Part shown: positions 57,723 through 64,000 of the stretch, piece by piece
Layout: each line of letters begins with the position of its first letter
Position numbering within the stretch: position 1 is the first letter of the stretch
Notes under the pieces: model-generated
Told to the model about the DNA's origin: nothing
Seen by the model: the letters and a program-made list of their open reading frames with translations, nothing else
Database searches by the model: none
Virus record (IMG/VR): IMGVR_UViG_3300026085_000093
Coordinates: 160,001-224,000 of that record
Reading direction: 5' to 3' (one strand)
DNA length: 64,000 bases
Origin: a virus
Lineage: Duplodnaviria > Caudoviricetes
Translations under genes and position numbers: made by a program

Positions 57723-59023
57723 AAACAGTAGCATTTGTACCTGCAAAAGGAACTAGTGAAAGAATTGAAAATAAAAATTTACAAGTATTAGACGGAGAAT
57801 ATCTGTTTAAGCGTAAATTGAGACAGTTATTAGAATGTGAAGAAATAGACGAAGTTTGGCTAGACAGCGAAAGTGAAGAATTGCATAGATTAGCAAGAGA
57901 CTTACCTATTAAACATCACTATAGAGATCCTAACCTAGCAAACAACAAAACCGACGGACATGCAATGTTTGCTAATGAATCTAGAGTTACAGATGCAGAC
58001 ATAGTGGTGCAAGTATTATGCACAGCACCGTTTATAGACAAATCTGTGATTGATCCTGCACTAAGAGATCTAAAGAAAAGTCCTACTACAAGTTTAGTTG
58101 CTGTATCTGAGCAAAAATTATACTTATGGGACGATCACAAACCTGCATATGGCAATAGTATTCCTAATAGTGTAGATTTGCCAAATCACATCATCGAAGC
58201 AATGAGTTTCTATGCTGTAAAAACAAATGGTCAGCCTGTTGAAAAACGTTATACAGATAATGTTATGTTATGGCCTGTTACACCTTTACAATTAGTAGAT
58301 ATCAACAATCAAGAAGATCTTGTATTTGCAAGGGATATTTGTGCAGGACAAAGAGCAAAAAAAGTACAACAACTTAAAATGTTAAGTAAAAGTATTAGTA
58401 GTTGTTTGTTAAGTGATATTTGCAAAGAAAACGGTATTGATCATTTTTTAAGCAGTGAAATAAAATCTATGAACAACGGTACATTTTTAGGATATGCAAA
58501 AACTCTAAAACTAAAAGAATTACCACAAGATCAAAAAGACCCTGCATTACCGCATTGGGAAGGCATATTTGATGCATTAGGAAGTTATGAATTTGTTGCA
58601 CCGGGTGATGTAATTATAGTTTCTACAGATGTAAAAGACAAAGCATACTTTGGTGATTTAAATGCACATTTTGCATATAGAAGCGGAGCAGTGGGTGTTG
58701 TTGTAGATGGACCAACACGTGATGTAGATAGAGTTACACAAATTGGTTTACCATTATTTGCACATACTAGAATGCCTGACGATATTAGATACGAAGGCAC
58801 ACTTGAAGAAATGAATATGCCAGTAATTGTTAACGGTGTTAAAGTACGTAACAATGATATTATTTTTGGTGATCCTGACGGTGTTGTATGCATACCAGCA
58901 GAAAAATGGCAGTTTGTTTTTGAAGAAGTAAAAGCAGCACTTAAAAAAGAAATGCTTGTGAAATTTGAAGCAACGTTTGGCTCAGATCCTTTTGATGTAC
59001 TAAACAATGTCGGACTCTTTTAA
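57719..59023 (+). CDS. Fusion: acylneuraminate/CMP-ulosonate cytidylyltransferase-like + RraA/HMG-aldolase-like domain
   Basis: N-term AFVPAKGTSERIENKN...VWLDSESE...TAPFI...DIN..ED; C-term LSDI..., GDVIIV, AYFGDLNA, GVVVDGPTRDV, GDIIFGDPDGVV.IP. Confidence 0.85.
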   Translation: MKTVAFVPAKGTSERIENKNLQVLDGEYLFKRKLRQLLECEEIDEVWLDSESEELHRLARDLPIKHHYRDPNLANNKTDGHAMFANESRVTDADIVVQVLCTAPFIDKSVIDPALRDLKKSPTTSLVAVSEQKLYLWDDHKPAYGNSIPNSVDLPNHIIEAMSFYAVKTNGQPVEKRYTDNVMLWPVTPLQLVDINNQEDLVFARDICAGQRAKKVQQLKMLSKSISSCLLSDICKENGIDHFLSSEIKSMNNGTFLGYAKTLKLKELPQDQKDPALPHWEGIFDALGSYEFVAPGDVIIVSTDVKDKAYFGDLNAHFAYRSGAVGVVVDGPTRDVDRVTQIGLPLFAHTRMPDDIRYEGTLEEMNMPVIVNGVKVRNNDIIFGDPDGVVCIPAEKWQFVFEEVKAALKKEMLVKFEATFGSDPFDVLNNVGLF

Positions 59024-59765
59024 TACCTATATTATAAACTATAATATGCCAGAGCATACAGACAAAATGTATCGTATGCTTTGTAGATCAATGTTAGAAG
59101 AAGATATCTATATATTAGATAACGGTTCTGACAAAGAAACTATTCATCCTAGAACACGGATTCCATTACCGACAAATAGAAAAGTAAGTGGCGCTTATAG
59201 AGTTATTTTTGATAGAGAAATAATTCAAAAAAAATCTTTCTTTGTTACTATTACTACTAGTGCAACATTATTAAAACAAAACTATAAAAAAACTATTGTA
59301 AAAACTACAAAATCTTTAAAGAAAGAAAAATGGAGTGCAATATATTCTAAAATAGAAAATGTTGATGGTTGGGTAGATGTTGCTATACCTGAACAAATAG
59401 GAGTTGATAATTTTATTAAAAATCCTATGTTTGCTCAGCCTATACTTACAATATGGAATACAAAATATATCAGCGAACTAAAAAGAAAAAAACATGGCTG
59501 GTATGATGTTGCATATCACCACGGACAAGGTGCAACTGAAGATATGCGTATGTACAATTTAAATACAGGATGGGATGAATTTACTACGCCATTGTTAAGT
59601 ATAGATTGGTATAGAAATAGTACATTTAGAGAAGGCAGAGGAGAACATTCTCAGAGAGAATATTTTAAGCATAATAAACAAGAATTTAATGCTAGATTCA
59701 AAGAAAAATTTAACATGACACATCACCAAGTAAATGATTTTTTAAGTAAAAATAGGCGTAAATAA
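59007..59765 (+). CDS. Divergent GT2-like glycosyltransferase
   Basis: YIINYNMPE...IYILDNGS N-terminal motif; no clear DxD. Confidence 0.45.
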   Translation: MSDSFNTYIINYNMPEHTDKMYRMLCRSMLEEDIYILDNGSDKETIHPRTRIPLPTNRKVSGAYRVIFDREIIQKKSFFVTITTSATLLKQNYKKTIVKTTKSLKKEKWSAIYSKIENVDGWVDVAIPEQIGVDNFIKNPMFAQPILTIWNTKYISELKRKKHGWYDVAYHHGQGATEDMRMYNLNTGWDEFTTPLLSIDWYRNSTFREGRGEHSQREYFKHNKQEFNARFKEKFNMTHHQVNDFLSKNRRK

Positions 59766-59768
59766 ACT

Positions 59769-60320
59769 ATGATTACTTGGCAAGAACTTTGGGCACGTGA
59801 TGATTACATTCACGGAAAGACTGTAAATTTTAATATAGTTGATTCCTATATTAAATTTAAACCTAAATGTATCCTTGATATAGGATGTGGCTTTGCTACT
59901 GAATCAAAATTATTTCAAGAAAAATACGGAAGTGAATTATATTTACTAGATGGTGAATTTTCTGAAAGCAATGGCACTAGACAAGTTAGATACGGGTCTG
60001 TTGAAAACATGTCTTTTTATAATAAAATTACAGACTTAAAACGTTATTACGATAGTCAAAATATGCAATATAATTTTGTAGATGCAAACAATATTCAAAT
60101 AGATGAAAATGTAACATTTGATCTTGTTTATAGTTTTTTAAGTTGTGGATTTCATTATCCTGCAAATACATATATGGATCTTATCAACAAACATACAAAT
60201 GAAAACAGTTTTATTATTATGGACATACGTAATTTAGAATCACAACAGAACATAGAAATTTTAGACGAAATTGTTGCACAACAAAAAAGTAGAAAATATC
60301 GAATACGTTTTGTTTTTTGA
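59769..60320 (+). CDS. Class I SAM methyltransferase-like protein
   Basis: ILDIGCGFA, FDLVYSFLSCGFHYP. Confidence 0.7.
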   Translation: MITWQELWARDDYIHGKTVNFNIVDSYIKFKPKCILDIGCGFATESKLFQEKYGSELYLLDGEFSESNGTRQVRYGSVENMSFYNKITDLKRYYDSQNMQYNFVDANNIQIDENVTFDLVYSFLSCGFHYPANTYMDLINKHTNENSFIIMDIRNLESQQNIEILDEIVAQQKSRKYRIRFVF

Positions 60321-60377
60321 TATACTAGGATACAACCAATAAACTTTTTTTAAGTTATATACGTATATAAATACAGT

Positions 60378-61148
60378 ATGGAAAAAATTGTATTAGTAAC
60401 AGGTGGTTTTGATCCACTTCACTCAGGTCATATTGATTATATGAAATCAGCAAAAGAACTTGGTGACAAGTTATTTGTCGGAATCAACAGTGACGAATGG
60501 TTAACACGAAAAAAAGGAAGACCATTTATGCCGTTTACAGAACGTGCAGCCATTATTGAAAATCTTAATTTTGTAGATAGAATTGTTGCGTTTGACGATA
60601 GTGATAATAGTGCCTGTGGAGCAATTTTTAAAACTATGTCAACAACTGGAAAGACTAAAATTATATTTGCAAATGGTGGAGATAGAGACAGTGCTACAAA
60701 CACACCAGAATATAAAACATTTGGCGATCATGCAGATGTAGAATTTGTTTGGGGTGTAGGCGGTACAGACAAGAAAAATTCAAGCAGTTGGATACTTAGT
60801 AATTGGGATAAACCTATAACAAAACGTGCTTGGGGAGAATACAAAGTATTAGACCGAAACGGAGAATGGCAAGTCAAAGAACTTACATTTTACCAAGGCA
60901 AAGCGTTAAGTGATCAAAGACACTTTAAACGTAGTGAACACTGGCATGTTGTAGACGGTGTTATCAATATGTTTTTAGAAGATAAACAAGGTAAAAGAAC
61001 TAGCACACTGTTAACACCAGGTGATAGTATTGATATACCTGTCGGCTGGTGGCATAAGGCAGTAAACATAGATAACAAAGACGCTAAAGTAATCGAAGTG
61101 TGGATGGGTAAAGAATTATCAGAAGACGATATTGAAAGAAGAGATTAA
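60378..61148 (+). CDS. Cytidyl/nucleotidyltransferase (HxGH; RfaE/TagD-like) fused to cupin (mannose-6-phosphate isomerase C-terminal-like)
   Basis: VTGGFDPLHSGH, GINSDEWL.RKKG, ANGGDR, KNSSSWIL; cupin RAWGEY, QRHFKRSEHWHVV, IPVGWWH. Confidence 0.85.
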   Translation: MEKIVLVTGGFDPLHSGHIDYMKSAKELGDKLFVGINSDEWLTRKKGRPFMPFTERAAIIENLNFVDRIVAFDDSDNSACGAIFKTMSTTGKTKIIFANGGDRDSATNTPEYKTFGDHADVEFVWGVGGTDKKNSSSWILSNWDKPITKRAWGEYKVLDRNGEWQVKELTFYQGKALSDQRHFKRSEHWHVVDGVINMFLEDKQGKRTSTLLTPGDSIDIPVGWWHKAVNIDNKDAKVIEVWMGKELSEDDIERRD

Positions 61149-61831
61149 TGAAGATATTTGTAGGTTATGATACTAGAGAAGATATTGCGTATCAAGTTTG
61201 TAAACATAGTATACTAAGCAAACAGCCAGCAGCTGATATACGTCCGTTAAAGCAGCAAGAATTAAGAGATTCAGGCTGGTATAAAAGAAAGGCTGATAAA
61301 CTTGCTAGTACAGAATTTACATTTACAAGATTTTTGATCCCTGAACTTACAGATTTCAAAGGCTGGGCACTGTTTATGGATTGTGACATGATTCTTACAA
61401 CAGACATTAAAGAATTGTTTGATCAAGCAGATGACAAATATGCTGTAATGTGTGTGAAGCATGATTACACACCTAAAGAAGGTACAAAGATGGACGGGCA
61501 AAAACAAACTATCTATCCACGTAAAAATTGGTCAAGTGTAATGTTGTTTAACTGTGCGCATCCTAGTAACAAAGCATTGACACAAGACCTTGTAAATAAT
61601 CCGGAAATAAACGGTGCATACTTGCATAGATTTAGTTGGTTAAATGATGAAGAAATTGGAGAACTGGATCACACTTGGAATTATCTTGTTGGTGTTTATG
61701 ACGATGTAGAGACACCAAAATTAATACATTATACAGAAGGTGGTCCTTGGTTTGAAAACTACCGTAACTGCGAATTTGCTGATCTATGGAAAAAAGAACT
61801 ATACGAGATGATGGATGATATGTCTCTCTAA
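61148..61831 (+). CDS. GT8-like glycosyltransferase
   Basis: IFVGYDTRE, STEFTFTRFLIP, ALFMDCDM, YPRKNWSSVML, WNYLVG, IHYTEGGPWF. Confidence 0.85.
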   Translation: MKIFVGYDTREDIAYQVCKHSILSKQPAADIRPLKQQELRDSGWYKRKADKLASTEFTFTRFLIPELTDFKGWALFMDCDMILTTDIKELFDQADDKYAVMCVKHDYTPKEGTKMDGQKQTIYPRKNWSSVMLFNCAHPSNKALTQDLVNNPEINGAYLHRFSWLNDEEIGELDHTWNYLVGVYDDVETPKLIHYTEGGPWFENYRNCEFADLWKKELYEMMDDMSL

Positions 61832-62585
61832 AAATAAAACTGATCAATTTATTAATTTATTTGCAAAAGGATCTGGATTAGAAATTGTAACATCGCCCGG
61901 AACAAAAGGTGATATTATATTTAGATCTATGGTAAAAAGAAAATTAATAAAAGAATGTTGGGAAACAGGTAGACAGTTTTATTATATGGACAGCGGATAT
62001 ATAGGAAATTATAAATCTCCAGGCAATCCATTAGGTTGGAAAGTTTGGCACAGAATTGTAAAAAATGATTTACAGCACAATCACATTATAGATCGACCAG
62101 ATGATAGATGGCTTAGATTAGGACAAGAAATACATAAACCTAAAAAAGGCAAACATATATTGTTAGTAACACCTAGTGAAAAACCTTGTAAGTTTTACGG
62201 CATAGATAGAGACAATTGGGTCAAGGAAACAGTAGAAAAAATCAAACAATACACAGATAGACCTATAGTGATTAGAGACAAAGCATCTAGACCAGAACGT
62301 ATTGTAAAAACAATATATGATGATTTAAATAACTGCCACGCATTAGTAACCTATCAAAGTATAGCAGCAGTAGAAAGTGTGTTATATGGAGTACCTGCAT
62401 TTACTCTAGCACCAACAGCAGCAGATGTTGTATGTGATCAAGACTTGAGTTTGTTAGAAAATCCTACAATGCAAGAAGAAGAAAAGATATATAAATGGGC
62501 ATGTCACTTAGCCTACGGACAATTTCATACAGAAGAACTTAAAAGTGGCAAAGCATATAGGATGTTGTTAAATGAAAAAAGTTAG
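61815..62585 (+). CDS. KpsC/KpsS-like (capsule biosynthesis, GT-B) transferase candidate
   Basis: YYMDSGY, HILLVTPS, TDRPIVIRDK, LVTYQSIAAVESVLYGVP; paralogue of next gene. Confidence 0.5.
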   Translation: MICLSKNKTDQFINLFAKGSGLEIVTSPGTKGDIIFRSMVKRKLIKECWETGRQFYYMDSGYIGNYKSPGNPLGWKVWHRIVKNDLQHNHIIDRPDDRWLRLGQEIHKPKKGKHILLVTPSEKPCKFYGIDRDNWVKETVEKIKQYTDRPIVIRDKASRPERIVKTIYDDLNNCHALVTYQSIAAVESVLYGVPAFTLAPTAADVVCDQDLSLLENPTMQEEEKIYKWACHLAYGQFHTEELKSGKAYRMLLNEKS

Positions 62586-63486
62586 AGTTTATTACGCAGG
62601 TATCCCGCCGAGAAATAAGAACCAAGAAAAAGTAAAAGTACTTGACAATTTTCACGAAGGTGTTCCTATGCCCTGGAGTGAACAAGTTCATACTAAACAC
62701 TGGCAGCCTTCCGATCTTGCTGTAATACAAGGATGGGTACATCCTGGAAGTCAGCGTACACCGCATCTACAATTTAGACGTCTTATAATAGACAATCAAA
62801 AAGCAATAGGCAAACACACACTTGCAATTGATAGTAATCTTTTTCTTTATAGAGATCCAGGCAATACAAAGACTTATTTAAGATTTAGTTTAAATGATAT
62901 ATTTCCAAATACAGGTGTATATTTTGATAATAATCCAGATCCTGAGCGATGGCAACAAATACAAAGAGATTTAAATATTGGGTTAAAACCTTGGCGTAAA
63001 ACAGGTAAACATATTCTTATTTGTATGCAACGTAATGGCGGTTGGAGTATGGGAGGACAAGATGCTAATAAATGGCTAATGGCAACTATACATCAATTAA
63101 GACAACATACTGATAGACAAATTATTGTACGGGGACATCCTGGAGATAAGAAAAACACTAGATGGCAAAAAATAAACATACCTGGTGTAAAAATAAGCAA
63201 ACAAGCAAGTATACTTGCAGACTTTCATAAATGTTGGGCAGTAGTAACATATAATAGTTCTCCTGGTGTAGCAGCAGCAATTGACGGAATTCCAGTGTTT
63301 GTAACAGACCCATCACCTAACAAAAGTCAAGCATTTAAAGTTGCAAATTTTGATATTAGTAAAATAGAATATCCTCAAATGCCTGTGAGAGAACAATGGA
63401 TTGAACAAATTGCAATGAGTCATTATAACTTTGATGATTTGAAATCAGGTAAAGCGTGGTCAGTAATGAAGGATTATTTAAAATGA
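62572..63486 (+). CDS. KpsC/KpsS-like (capsule biosynthesis, GT-B) transferase candidate
   Basis: HILICMQ, IIVRGHPGD (HP motif), VVTYNSSPGVAAAIDGIPVF. Confidence 0.55.
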   Translation: MKKVRVYYAGIPPRNKNQEKVKVLDNFHEGVPMPWSEQVHTKHWQPSDLAVIQGWVHPGSQRTPHLQFRRLIIDNQKAIGKHTLAIDSNLFLYRDPGNTKTYLRFSLNDIFPNTGVYFDNNPDPERWQQIQRDLNIGLKPWRKTGKHILICMQRNGGWSMGGQDANKWLMATIHQLRQHTDRQIIVRGHPGDKKNTRWQKINIPGVKISKQASILADFHKCWAVVTYNSSPGVAAAIDGIPVFVTDPSPNKSQAFKVANFDISKIEYPQMPVREQWIEQIAMSHYNFDDLKSGKAWSVMKDYLK

Positions 63487-64000
63487 ATATTAGCGTAGTA
63501 ACAACATTTCATCGAGAAGGTTTAGAAAAATACGGTCAACGCTTTATTACGTCTTTTGAAGACAACGTAGATAAAAAAATTAAAATGTATGTATATGCAG
63601 AAGATTGCAATCCTATTGTAAAAGATACTGACCAAATTATAGTTTTAGATGCAAAGCAAGTATTACCAAAACTAAACAAGTTTAAAGAAACTTGGAAAAA
63701 TGTTCCTAAGGCAAATGGTAAATGTCCATGGCCAGAAAGACGTCCAAGAGACCATCATAAAGAATTTAAATGGGATGCTGTAAGATTTGCTAACAAAGTA
63801 TATGCAGTATTTGACGCAGCGGAACGTTGTAATGACTGGTGTGTATGGATGGATGCAGATACATACGTGCATAGTCCTTGGTCATACGAACAATTTAAAG
63901 AACTGTTGCCAGATGACAAATGGATGACATATGTAGGCCGCGGTAAAAAAGCAGCAACATGGCCAGAGTGTGGGTTTTATGGTATGAATCTAAACAACCA
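63483..64000 (+). CDS. Nucleotide-diphospho-sugar transferase, 3'-truncated by window edge (not in ORF track)
   Basis: MNISVVTTFHREGLEKYGQRFITSF...FKWDAVRFANKVYA...VWMDADT...PECGFY; open to 64000. Confidence 0.75.
   Translation, partial: MNISVVTTFHREGLEKYGQRFITSFEDNVDKKIKMYVYAEDCNPIVKDTDQIIVLDAKQVLPKLNKFKETWKNVPKANGKCPWPERRPRDHHKEFKWDAVRFANKVYAVFDAAERCNDWCVWMDADTYVHSPWSYEQFKELLPDDKWMTYVGRGKKAATWPECGFYGMNLNN

Noticed and set aside
1-64000. Stop-codon reassignment as in some jumbo phages
   Set aside because: Genes are full-length and tightly packed under code 11; TAG ends genes at 3372, 37010, 43199, 48011, 52179 and 54899, and TGA at 1385 and 36531.
1-64000. CRISPR array, tRNA, tmRNA, rRNA
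   Set aside because: No regularly spaced repeat-spacer pattern and no cloverleaf with TTC loop and CCA end seen in any intergenic region.

Overview
A 64-kb segment of a large, AT-rich T4-like myovirus (jumbo-type phage; host cannot be determined from this window). It holds most of the virion module: the 3' part of a tape-measure-like gene, portal, prohead core, protease, scaffold and major capsid protein, two giant paralogous baseplate/fibre proteins (2334 and 3373 aa), neck/tail-completion genes, sheath, tube, a further fibre, an S8 protease, head-completion nuclease and terminase. SSB/UvsX/UvsY follow, then a large glycan biosynthesis and modification island that runs off the right edge. 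The standard genetic code is used. I saw no tRNA, rRNA, CRISPR array, intein or mobile element. Standout observations: (1) eight tandem ~140-160-aa helical repeats in the 2334-aa virion protein that align by eye with the phycobiliprotein globin fold and keep the bilin-binding C-x-R-D motif; (2) a standalone ~210-nt, GC-enriched, probably pseudoknotted ncRNA with its own sigma70 promoter and terminator just downstream of the capsid gene, plus other structured non-coding elements; (3) a late-promoter-associated, probably CMP-ulosonic-acid-based glycosylation system, with one candidate transferase embedded in the head operon; (4) a T4-type late promoter core (TAAATA) placed 4-5 nt before the ATG of at least nine genes, implying systematic leaderless late mRNAs. 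All family assignments come from motif recognition by eye, not database searches.
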